Below are positions 24,451 through 39,907 of a stretch of 64,000 nucleotides of DNA, in pieces (positions within the stretch are counted from its first letter, which is position 1; each line of letters opens with the position of its first letter). This stretch comes from the human T2T-CHM13v2.0 reference genome, Homo sapiens. The DNA is taken from NCBI RefSeq assembly GCF_009914755.1, contig NC_060941.1; one strand, 5' to 3'. Position numbers and translations under genes: made by a program. Below the pieces are notes generated by a model. The model was not told the origin of the DNA and did not search any database. It saw only the letters and a program-made list of their open reading frames with translations.

Positions 24451-24972
24451 CTACCACATGGCACTGATTTCAAATAAAAACCCTTTATATGAGCAGATTT
24501 TATAAATTAGTAAGCAATCGGGGCTGGCAGCCAAGATGGCCAATAGGAACAGCTCCGGTCTACAGCTCCCAGCGTCAGCGACACAGAAGACGGGTGATTT
24601 CTGCATTTCCATCTGAGGTACCGGGTTCATCTCACTAGGGAGTGCCAGACAGTGGGTGCAGGACAGTGGGTGCAGCGTAACGTGCGCTAGCCAAAGCAGG
24701 GCGAGGCATTGCCTCACTCGGGAAGCGCAAGGGGTCAGGGAGTTCCCTTTTCTAGTCAAAGAAAGGGGTGACAGACGGCACCTGGAAAATCGGGTCACTC
24801 CCGCCCTAATACTGCGCTTTTCCAATGGGCTTAAAAAACAGCGCACCAGAAGATTATATCCTGCACCTGGCTTGGAGGGTCCTACATTCATGGAGTCTTG
24901 CTGATTGCTAGCACAGCAGTCTGAGATCAAACTGCAAGGTGGCAGCGAGGCTGGGGGAGGGGCACCCACCGT
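24451..24972 (-). pseudogene. ORF0: L1 ORF0 frame: start ATG mutated to ACG, frame open into flanking DNA
   Basis: Translation GAPPPASLPPCSLISDCCASNQ...GVTRFSRC matches primate L1 ORF0; ACG at 24972-24970; stop TAG at 24453-24451. Confidence 0.8.
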
Positions 24973-25554
24973 TGCCCAGGCTTGCTGAGGTAAACAAAGC
25001 AGCCGGGAAGCTCAAACTGGGTGGAGCCCACCACAGCTCCAGGAGGCCTGCCTGCCTCTGTAGGCTCCACCTCTGGGGGCAGGGCACAGACAAAAAAAAG
25101 ACAGCAGTAACATCTGCTGACTTAAATGTTCCTGTCTGACAGCTTTGAAGAGAGCAGTGATTCTCCCAGCACGCAGCTGGAGATCTGAGAACGGGCAGAC
25201 TGCCTCCTCAAGTGGGTCCCTGACCCCTGAGCCCCAAGCAGCCTAACTAGGAGGCACCCCCCAGTACGGGCAGACTGACATCTCACATGTCCAGGTACTC
25301 CTCTGAGACAAAACTTCCAGAGGAACGATCAGACAGCAGCATTCGCGGTTCACGAAAATCCGCTGTTCTGCAGCCACTGCTGCTGATACCCAGGCAAACA
25401 GGGTCTGGAGTGGACCTCTAGCAAACTCCAACAGACCTGCAGCTGAGGGTCCTGTCTGTTAGAAGGAAAACTAACAAACACAAAGGACATCCACACCAAA
25501 AACCCATCTGTACATCACCGTCATCAAAGACCAAAAGTAGATAAAACCACAAAG
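24520..25554. promoter_or_regulatory. L1 5' UTR with sense and antisense Pol II promoters; YY1 core aagatggcc at 24533-24541
   Basis: Standard L1PA 5' UTR sequence, partly CpG-eroded. Confidence 0.85.
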
Positions 25555-26640
25555 ATGGGGAAAACACGGAGCAGAAAAACTGGAAACTCTAAAAAGCAGA
25601 GTGCCTCTCCTCCTCCAAAGGAACACAGTTCCTCACCAGCAATGGAACAAAGCTGGATGGAGAATGACTTTGACGGGTTGAGAGAAGAAGGCTTCAGATG
25701 ATCAAACTACTCTGAGCTACAGGAGGAAATTCAAAACAAAGGCAAATAAGTTAAAAACTTTGAAAAAATTTAGACGAATGTATAACTAGAATAACCAATA
25801 CAGAGAAGTGCTTAAAGGAGCTGATGGAGCTGAAAGTCAAGGCTCAAGAACTACGTGAAGAATGCAGAAGCCTCAGGAGCCGATGTGATCAGCTGGAAGA
25901 AAGGGTATCAGTGATGGAAGATGAAATGAATGAAATGAAGCGAGAAGGGAAGTTTAGAGAAAAAAGAATAAAAGGAAACGAACAAAGCCTCCAAGAAATA
26001 TGGGACTATGTGAAAAGACCAAATCTACATCTGATTGGTGTGCCTGAAAGGGACGGGGAGTATGGAACCAAGCTGGAAAACACTCTGCAAGATATTGTCC
26101 AGGAGAACTTCCCCAATCTAGCAAGGCAGGCCAACATTCAGATTCAGGAAACACTCTGCAAGATATTGTCCAGGAGAACTTCCCCAATCTAGCAAGGCAG
26201 GCCAACATTCAGATTCAGGAAATACAGAGAACACCACAAAGATACTCCTCGAGAAGAGCAACTCCAAGACACATAATTGTCAGATCACCAAAGTTGAAAT
26301 GAAGGAAAAAATATTAAGTGCAGCCAGAGAGAAAGGTCAGATTACCCACAAAGGGAAGCCCATCAGACTAACAGTGGATCTCTTGGCAGAAACTCTACAA
26401 GCCAGAAGAGAGTGGGCGCAAATATTCAACATTCTTAAAGAAAAGAATTTTCAACCCAGAATTTCATATCCAGCCAAACTAAGCTTCATAAGTGAAGGAG
26501 AAATAAAATACTTTACAGACAAGCAAATGCTGAGAGATTTTGTCACCACCAGGCCTGCCCTAAAAGAGCTCCTGAAGGAAGTACTAAACATGGAAAGGAA
26601 CAACCGGTACCAGCCGCTGCAAAATCATGACAAATTGTAA
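25555..26640 (+). pseudogene. ORF1: L1 ORF1p, disrupted
   Basis: ATG at 25555; in-frame TGA at 25699 and TAA at 25747; frameshifts; 71-bp duplication; ARE-KG and YPAKLS motifs visible. Confidence 0.93.
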
Positions 26641-26703
26641 AGACCATCGAGGCTAGGAAGAAACTGCATCAACTAACAAGCAAAATAACCAGCTAACATC
26701 ATA

Positions 26704-30533
<3,830 letters not shown>

Positions 30534-33500
30534 ACAATGAGAACATATGGACACAGGAAGGGGAACATCACACTCTGGGGACTGTTGTGGGGTTGGGGGA
30601 GGGGGGAGGGATAGCATTAGGAGATATACCTAATGCTAAATGACGAGTTAATGGGTGCAGCACACCAGCATGGCACATGTATACATATGTAACTAACCTG
30701 CACATTGTGCACATGTACCCTAAAACTTAAAGTATAATAATAATAAAATAAAAAATAAATAAATAAAAATAAAAATAAATAAATAAATTAGTAAGCAATC
30801 ATAGGTAAGAAAATTGTTAAATCTACATATCTGCTCTTAAAACTGGTAAAGGAATGACATATAGATTAGAGATAGATTCACTGATTATTTAATGCTGCTG
30901 CTTTTAGGGAGCCTTCTTGGGTACTTTTTTGGAAAGAGAAGATAATTTTAGTGGATTTCTTACATGGTCACCCAAGACACTGTTGGTAGAATTTACAAGT
31001 TGCCCACATCTTCCATTATGACCATCGGATCAGAAGTTCTCTAATGATTTCTTTAGCCACAGGGTCACATAAAAGGCCAACGGAGTTACGCCTGTAAATG
31101 CTTGTCAGCAATAACTGATATCTCCCTTAGCAACAGCAAATGATTTTGACTTCCAATTTGCCTGAGCAGACAAACATTATCTTTGATAAATACTTAATTC
31201 CTATCAGGATTTTTGAAATCCTGAACATTGACATTTCCTGGAATTCCTCCAGTCTCTCTGAAGACCCAGGCGGGGAACAGCCCCTCTATGGTCTCCAAGT
31301 TGGCAAAGAGTAGCTGTGAAGTTGAACGTGGGTGAGATTAAAACAATGGGCAAAGGAATAAATGGAACCCTCACTGCCATATTTCTTGCTGGATATATAA
31401 TAATATAGCAGTATTTATCTTATAGCCTGGATCCATTAATTTTGACCTCAGATTGAATAATTCTGTAAGGAAGTACTTACATCCACTGCAGGAGACTGAG
31501 ACAGGCCTCTAGCAGCAATAGCAAAGCTGGAGCATGCCACGGCTGGGTCCCAGATGCCAGAGCTGGAATAGGTAAATAGCTGGAAGAAGAGTGGCAGGAC
31601 TAAATTCACTAGTGCCATCAAGTTCAAAGAGTGTGCACAAATAAGACAGCTAAGCAAGCCAAAAAATCAAAAGCTGAGACACAAACAAGAAAAAAGGATG
31701 AGCAGCAGAAGTAGAAATTAGATGATAAAATGTAGAAAATGTTCAGCGAAAAGCAAAAAGAGGCCCTTTTATTGCAATGGCTCCAATGGCATAGTGAATG
31801 GAGAGTCTGCCCGGTTTAAAGACTGGAGCCAAGGTCAAACAGCATGCACTGTGTTCACATGTCCATACCTCTCTCTCCCTGTGCAACGCTAGCTCAGGAG
31901 GTTATGCTGCATTTGCTTTAAAAGACAGTAACTCCCCATACCTGCTCACCAACACACCAGACTCAGCATCTTACCCTATAGGAATAGCCACACATAGTGT
32001 TAAACCAAAAACCAAGGAGTTGTGTTGCCCCCGATCTCCAAACACTAAATATGAGCTGCTTTCTGTGTCTTAAACCAAATGCTAGTATTAACTTGTTCTC
32101 TCATTTGAAAAGAGGAAATGATGTGAAATGGATTTGACTCAAGAGGAAGCTGAATGCAGGACTATAGGTGTCCTCACCGGAGGAGCTGGTGTGAGATTCA
32201 GTTGAAAAGCCATAAGTGCTGTTAAAAAAAAAGTATTTATCTTAGCCAAAGGATTAAAGCTGGCATAGAGCATAAACCTGGTTATCCCCAGTATGTCACA
32301 CTTTACATTTGCGTAGGAGCTTAATAATGCTCTCACCTGAGTCATTGCATTTGGGTTCATATGGCAACTCTGTGAAAGAGACAGGAAAGTGACTGGTAAC
32401 CACATTAGAGGACAGCCACAGCAGGAGTGAGGAGCTGCCACTTTGCTGCCTCTATAGAGGAGGAATGCCAGTCCACATTTCTCAGTGCAGAGCTTCATTT
32501 CCTGGCCTGGGATGTCAGGGGAAAGGGTTGACCTGGAGTCCTGGCATTCTACTTCCCATGGCAATCCTCACGCTCATCTTAGCCCCACTGCAGCTGTTGC
32601 TATGCTCCTCTCCCAGAGCTGGAATTTGTTCAGCCCTTGCCAGAGATTACAAGAGTCAGAATGAGCTGGTGGTGTCAGGTTGCACCCCTGGCCATAATAG
32701 AGGGACAATCCCATCCAATACCCTGTGAGACAGCCCAGCTGTTGCCCGAATCCCTTCCTCTGGAGTCCAAGATACTGTGCATTCTCTGAGACCCCACACT
32801 TTCCTGGGCATAAGACTGTCAAACAGAGTCTATCTAATATCATTCACCAGCTGACTGGGGTTTGCTCTACACTTGGCTGGTGACAACCACCAGGTCTCTG
32901 GGTATGGGGTTCTGTCCCTGTTCTCTGGTACCTAAGCACTGCAGAGCACATGAACCCATCGAGCTTATTGCCTGGGAATGGTCCTAGGTCTTCATATCCT
33001 TGCTGGGACAGAGTCCTCACAGGATGAAAGTCTCTCTGGACATTCAGTGCTCTCTGGCCTAGAACAGAAGCTCCCCTGCCATCATTCAGATTTGGTCTTG
33101 ATCTACCAGCCCCCAGTAAAGGCTCTGGAGGGATAGAGCTAGATCCTGCATTCTCACATTCCTATGAGCTCTTATAAGTTCTTGCCTCATTCTAAGTTTG
33201 GTCTTTCTTTTATTCTTTCATGTTTTCAAACTTAAATATTGTTTAGGTTCACTTAAAAGGAAAAAGATTTTCACAGACCCTCAATATTGCCTCAAATTAT
33301 TTTTATTATTAAAGTATATTTAAGGTTTTGAAGTACTAATTTACATTCTTTATCAGGAAACTCATCTCTCTCTCTTGAATATCATCTACCACTAATGCTT
33401 TCTTTCAAGTCTGGAATGGGGAAGAAGGGGAGTATAATGTAGGAGAAAAAAAGAGAAGAAAGTCTTTTCAAATGAGAGAAATACTTGCAGAAGCCCTAGA

Positions 33501-33708
33501 TAGATAAGAAAATTAAAAAAAAAACAAGCTCTAACAAAAACCTAGCCTATTCTGACCCAAGAGATTGTGGGAAGAAGGGAAAGGTCAGGGAGCAGTCGGA
33601 GGTGGAGAGGACATAGCCCCACTTAACATTTGGGAGTTTGGAAGGAAGTCACCTTGCAGGCACACCAGTCTGGGGGTGAGTTAATCAAAGGTCATTTGGT
33701 TTCGTGTA

Positions 33709-33858
33709 AGCAATGTTTCTCAAAGCGAAGTCAACAGACTAGCATCATCATTACAGTCCTACTAAATCAGAAACTTGAGGTGGGGACCAACAATCTCTGT
33801 TTTAATGAGCTTTATCATTAAATTAGCTATTTTGCTGCACACCATAATTTGAGATGTA
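33709..33858. mobile_element. MER5A-like MITE
   Basis: gcaatgtttctcaaag...cctactaaatcagaaact...gtggggaccaacaatctctgttttaa. Confidence 0.65.
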
Positions 33859-34512
33859 GAGGAAGGACCGATATTTAGCACTCCCAAATTTCTATCCACT
33901 TCTGCTTGCCTTTAAAGGGGAGGATGCATAATATATCTGAGTGGAGAGCTGTGAGACTACCATGAAGTCTGTGGTATTGAGAGGTGAAATAGAAACCCTA
34001 AGCCATGGGCCAGCTGTAGAGTGGGGGGTAGAATGTTGGAGGCCTATGCAGCATAAGACATATCAAAGATGAAACTGAGTCATGTTGGGAAAACTCATAG
34101 GCCAAGGCAAGAGAGACCAGATCCTGTGGCACACCACAGGTGGGCTTCACAGCAGGCCAAGGCAGGATGCTCAGGGATAGAACTAGTGGTGCTTGAAGGG
34201 AACAAACCAGCCCTGCCACTATGCAGCAAGTATAAATGTCTGCTCTGCAGACTCTAAGACCTCTGTCATCCATTGCCATCAGCCACATACCCTCCTCCAG
34301 ACACCCAGATGCTATCAAAGAGAAGATCTGGGAGAGAGAAAGGAAATGTAAAAGAATGCATATATTACCTAAAAATGTCAAGAACTTATCTAAAAAGGCT
34401 TTTGTTTTGGCATTGAATTAAGTTGAATAAATTAGACTATATTTTTGTTTTTTCTTCCGCAATTCAATGGATGGGGGCTCATAAAGAAGACCATATCAGC
34501 TACAGAGAAATA

Positions 34513-34622
34513 TGAGATATTGTATTTCTTAGTATATCTGAGTAAAGTACAAATAAATCTACAAACTTGAGATATTGTATTTCTTAGTATATCTGAGTAA
34601 AGTACAAATAAATCTACAAACT
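34513..34622. repeat. Perfect 55-bp tandem duplication
   Basis: tgagatattgtatttcttagtatatctgagtaaagtacaaataaatctacaaact x2, followed by tga. Confidence 0.97.
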
Positions 34623-35059
34623 TGACTTTCTATAACATTACTTCAGTCTGTATGGCCAGTAAACAAGTTGTAAAATCATTTTGCTTACAGCTTATCCATA
34701 ATGATAAAATCAAAATAAATTTTAAAACTTCAGATCAAAAACATTCATAGAATATGGTAGATATTGTTTTGTTTTGTTCACCCATGATTTCTTTCTATTA
34801 TCATAACTGAAATCTTCAGTAATGATTCTAGAATTCAAGTGGGTAAAAACACTCTAAGTCAAATGAAAATCCTTTTAAAAAACATTCTTAAGTATAAGGA
34901 AAGTGCACAAATCACAAGTATACATATCAATGATCTTTTCACATATTGAATGTATAATGCAACAACCATCCTGGTCAAATGGTCAAAAATAGAACTTTAT
35001 GAGAATTCTAATAGCCCAATTCCATACCCTTCCCCAATCACTATGCTTCTTTTCCACCC

Positions 35060-35473
35060 AGTCTTAGTTCATTTGTGTTGCTTGAAAGGAGTACCTGAAA
35101 TGGGGCAATTTATAAAGAAAAGAGGTTTATTTGGCTCACAGTTCTGCAGGCTGTGCAAGAAGCACAGCTCCAGCATCTGCTGCTGTTGAGGGCCTCAGGC
35201 TGCTTCCATTCATGGTAGAAGGCAAAGGGGAGCCTACGTGTGCAGGTCACATGGTGAGAGAGGAAGTAAGAGAGGGAGGTGGGTGGTGCCAGACTTTTTT
35301 AAACTACTCACTCTTGGAAACAGAGTGAGAACTCACTACTGTGAGGACAGCACCAAGCCATTTATGAAGGATATTCCCCCATGACTCAAACACCTCCCAT
35401 TAGGCCCTACTTCCAACGTGGGGGATCATATTTCAACATGAGGTTTGGGGGAACAAACATCCAAAGTACAGCA
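35060..35473 (-). mobile_element. MSTB-like solo LTR
   Basis: gtcttagttcatttgtgttgct...ggctcacagttctgcaggctgt...aaacatccaaagtacagca. Confidence 0.85.
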
Positions 35474-36577
35474 CTCCATATATTAGATTTCATTTTTGTT
35501 AAGTTAAATAAGTAGAAGCATACACTATATACACTTTCAGGTCTGGATTATCTCATTCGAAATAATACCTATTGTTTTGTGCAACTATAGTTTTTCCATT
35601 TTCCTAGCTGTGTAATATTCCTTTTTATAAATATGTCACATTTGTGGATATTTGGGGTTGTTTCCAGATTTTTAGTTATTATGGAAAAATCCTGCTATGA
35701 ACATTATTTTATGTCTTTAATCTATACAGTCACACATTTCTATTGGGTGGAATAGCAGTGAAATTGCTAGGTCATAGGGGGTGTGTGTTTAGTTTAGTAG
35801 ATAATGCAACACTATTTTCCAAAGGAGTTTTACGGATTTATATTACCACCAGTTTATAGGAATTCCCTTTGCTACACATCCTTTAAACATTTGGCATTAT
35901 TGTTGGAGTTTTATCTTTTGATTATTTTTGCAGTATCGTATGGTTTTAATTTCCATCTCCATGAATAGATTGAAGTAGGATTTCCTTGTGGTTGTAATTG
36001 CATTTCCTTGATTACTTTTGAAGATAAGCCCTTTTAAATATTTGTATTGCCTTTTGAATATTCTCTTCTGAGAAGAGCCTGTTCAACTGTCTTGCCCATT
36101 TTTACAATGTGTTGTGCTTTCTTATTGATTTGTGGGTATTATATATCATGGATAAAAATGCTTTGTCAATTATTTGTGCTGCAGATATTTTCTCCTGGTT
36201 TATGACTTACATGAATCAAATATTTATATTTCTTATTTATAAATTAGAAATATTTAGGATATTTAGAAATATTTACTTTCTAATTAAATATTTAGATGAC
36301 TAGAAGTTCATAATTTTAACAAAGTTCAGTATCCATCATTAGAAATCTACCCTATCTCGAAGTCATGAAAATATTCTATTTTATCTCCCAGAAACATTTT
36401 TGCTTTACACAGCTAGATCTACAATTCTTCTGGAATTTATTTTTGTGTATAGTATGAAAAAAGGGCTGAGTTTCTTTTTCTCCTATGGCTATCCAATTGA
36501 CACAGAATCACTTATTGAAAACTCAATTCTTGTCGCCATTGCTCTGCTGGGGCTAATTTTATTATAAATCAAGTGTT

Positions 36578-36882
36578 GACTGGGTGCAGTGGCTCACACC
36601 TGTAACCCCAGCACTTTGGGAGATGAAGCAGGTGGATCACCTGAGGTCAGGAGTTCAAGACCAGCCTGGCCACCATGGTGAAACCCTGTCTCCTCTAAAA
36701 ATACAAAAATTAGCCAGGCATGGTGACAGGTGCCTGTAATCCCAGCTCCTCAGGAGGTTGAGGCAGAATTGCTTGAACCTGGGAGGCAGAGGTTGCAGTG
36801 AGCTGAGATCACGCCACTGCACTCCAGCCTGGGCGACAGAACCAGACTCTGTCTTGAAATAAAAATAAATAAATAAATAAAG
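36578..36882 (+). mobile_element. AluSx-like
   Basis: ggatcacctgaggtcaggag; (TAAA)n tail; TSD aaat(c/a)aagt(g/a)tt. Confidence 0.93.
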
Positions 36883-37661
36883 TATTGATTTTTGTGGTTC
36901 TATTTGTGGAGTCTCTATATTGCTTCACTGGCCTATTGATAAGTCCTTGCACTAGTGTGCACTGTCTTAATTGCTATGATTTTATAATAAATCTTGGTAT
37001 TGATTATAGTAAATCTTTCCTACTTCTCCTCCTTCCCCTTCTTCCTTTTCCTCTGCAAGATTGTCTTGGTTATTCTTAGCCCTTTGGATATCTGGGTGAA
37101 AATTAAAGGCACCTCATCCATGATGTGCCAAAAAAGATTGTGTTGGCTATTCTTGGGACTTTTTATTTTCATGATAATTTTTAGGATCAGCTTATCAAAT
37201 ACAAACAGCAAAACTTCTTGGGATCTAAATTGACATTGCACTGAATCTATAGATCAGTTTGCGGAGAACTGATGTCATTACAATACTAAATGTCCCAATC
37301 CATGAGAATGGTGTTTCCCTCCTTTATTTATGGCTCCTTTATTTTCGCTCAATAAAAGTGCACAGTGTTTTGAGGTAGAGTTATTACTCATCTTTTGTTA
37401 GATTTATTCCTAGTATTTGATCTTATTAACACTATTATAAATAATCAAATGTTTTAGATGTCCTTTTCTGACCATCTGTTGTTGTTATAAAGAAATACAA
37501 TGCATTTTTGTATACTGACAATGTGTCTAAAAACCTTGCTAAGTTTTTAAATTTATTCTAATGAAAATTCTTGTGTATATTCTACATGTATAATCGAGCT
37601 ATCTGCAAAAAAAGACTATTTAATTTGTTATTCCCCTGACTCTATACATTTATTATATTTA

Positions 37662-37703
37662 CTATTATTTTCAATGGCAAAAACCACAATTACTTTTGCA
37701 CCA
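37662..37703. mobile_element. Half MADE1 (Hsmar1 mariner MITE)
   Basis: ttcaatggcaaaaaccacaattacttttgcacca is one Hsmar1 ITR arm plus spacer. Confidence 0.85.
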
Positions 37704-39344
37704 GTATGATGCCTTTTTAGCTGTGCAGGACTTCCAGTATAGTATTAAATAAAGTAGTTGACATTATTTTCTTGCTTGACTTCTCGGAAATAAACTTTTT
37801 GTCATATCTTCATTAAGTATATATTAGTTCATCATATATATTACTGATCAGTTTAAAGATGTATCCTTTGTTACTAAGCTGTTAAAAGTTTTTCTCATTA
37901 GTGGATGTTGAATTTTACTGAATGCTCTGCCTCTACTAAAATTATTATATGTTTATTTTTTTCCTTATTCTTTTATGTCTGGTTTCTTTAACACTTGGTG
38001 AATTTACTCATCTTTTTGTTACATGTAATCACCAGTTTGTTCTTTTTTATTGACAAGTAGTATAACGGTAGGTATGCAAAGTTCTTTGTTCATTCTCTTA
38101 TTGATGAACATTTGAGCTGTTTCCAGTTTGGATCTGTTAAGAATAAAGCATTTGTAGACATTGTGAAGGCTTTTTGTGAATATGTGCCTTCATTTTTCTT
38201 ATATAAATGCGTAGAAGTGGAAATTTTCTTTTCATTTTCAATCTGTATCTATGTATTTAAGTTCTTTCTTTTGTAAGCAGCATAGAAGTAGTTCTATTTT
38301 TTTCATTCAGTCTGGTATTTATCTTTTGATTGGAAAACTTAGTTCAAAATTAATGTAATTATAGATACATTTGAGTTTAAATTTATCATTTTCTATTAGT
38401 TCCACATATCCTTTTTCCCCTCTTCTCTCCTTTCTTGACTACTCTTGGAGTTTTTTTTTGTTTGTTTTTATTTCATCTGCCCTCCTCTTTGGCTTGGACG
38501 TTACTCTCTTTTTTATTCTTCTTTTAGAATTTACCTTAGAAATCATAGCACATATCCCTGGTTTGTTGATATCTAACATAAATTAGTACTACTTTCCAGA
38601 CAGTACAGGAACTTTAAATATATTAGCCCTTATACCCTAGTCCTTTCCAACTTACATAATTTTATTGCCATATGTTTTGATTCAATGTATGTTTAAAATT
38701 ATGTAATATGTGTTATTATTGTCTTATACAGTTAATTTTCCCTCATGTATTTGCCTTTTCTATTATTCTTTCTAATTTTGGCATTTTTGTTCCTCTATCT
38801 GGAATCATATTCCTTCTCTCTGAAGAACTTTACTATTTCCTTTAGTGGGGTCTGCTGATGGCCAATTTTAGGCATTTACTTTCTTTTAACTCATGGCACA
38901 TATCGCTCTATGGTTGTCAAGCTTGTGGTTTTTGTTTTCTGTTGAATGAGCTGCCAATTTTACTTTTATTCCTTTGAAGGTAATATTTATTTTTTTCTCT
39001 GGTTTTTAATATTTTCCTTCTGTTTTTAGTTTCCAATAGTTTTACTATAGTAGGTCTAGATTTATTTTCTTTATATTTATTCTGTTTGGGCTTCATAGTA
39101 CTTACATCTGTGGCTTGATATTTTTGTCAATTCCGTATATATTAGCCGCTATCTCTTTAAACATCGCTTCTTCCTTATTTTCTTCTGTCCTTCTTTTTAG
39201 GATTTCATTTACGTTAGACCTTTACATGCCATATATCTCATGTTTTTCTGCAGTGGGGATAATTTTTATCCTTTTCTCCATTCATACTTTAATCCATATC
39301 TTTTCTTCCGACCTCTTCTTTCACAAATTCATATTCATCTCTCA

Positions 39345-39732
39345 ATACAAAACATCCCTCAAGCCTACATGTCAGTGGTATCAAACTATTTCAGTTCCCA
39401 TGTCATGCTCTCTGTGCCATTTGTCACACCACCCTCTCTGTCCAGAATGATCTTTCTGCCCTCATTCATCTTTTAATACTGATCCCTGGCATCATCTACT
39501 CCTGCATGATGTTTTCTTGACCCCAGACAGACCCAGTTACTCATATATTCTCACTTACCTCCTACAGACCAGCCTAAGACCTCCACAAGATTCCATGCAT
39601 TTCCTTGCCTACACATCTGTCTCCCACTTGTAGACTGGAAATTCTGGTGCCTTATTCATCTTCAGATCTCTAAGACCTAGCCCACAGTCCAGCCCACAAA
39701 TAGATGCTAAGTAAATCATCACTGAATGAATT
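39345..39732 (+). mobile_element. L2 3' fragment
   Basis: catctgtctcccacttgtagactgg...tagatgctaagtaaatcatcactgaatgaat. Confidence 0.6.
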
Positions 39733-39854
39733 AGCAAAATATACTCAACTCAGGTTACACATTAGAATAACATGGGAGGGTGTTTTGAAAAACGATGATG
39801 TTTAAGAGCCACGCTAAATCAAATCTAGAGGTGGGACTTCGGCATCAGAGAAGG

Positions 39855-39861
39855 TTTCTTT

Positions 39862-39905
<44 letters not shown>

Positions 39906-39907
39906 TC
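39855..39907. repeat. (TTTC)n microsatellite inside a MER5B-like element (~39745-39965)
   Basis: About 12 uninterrupted TTTC units. Confidence 0.9.

Larger units (their letters stand above)
34880..39335 (-). mobile_element. Mosaic of old L1M (L1ME/HAL1-like) fragments hosting younger insertions
   Basis: T-rich antisense L1 motifs (gttgtttccagatttt, aattgacacagaatcacttattgaaaa, ctgaatctatagatcagttt). Confidence 0.75.

Noticed and set aside
37102-37135. Hairpin flanked by A/T runs as a bacterial intrinsic terminator or contaminant
   Set aside because: It sits between diverged direct repeats of primate L1 sequence and nothing else nearby looks prokaryotic.
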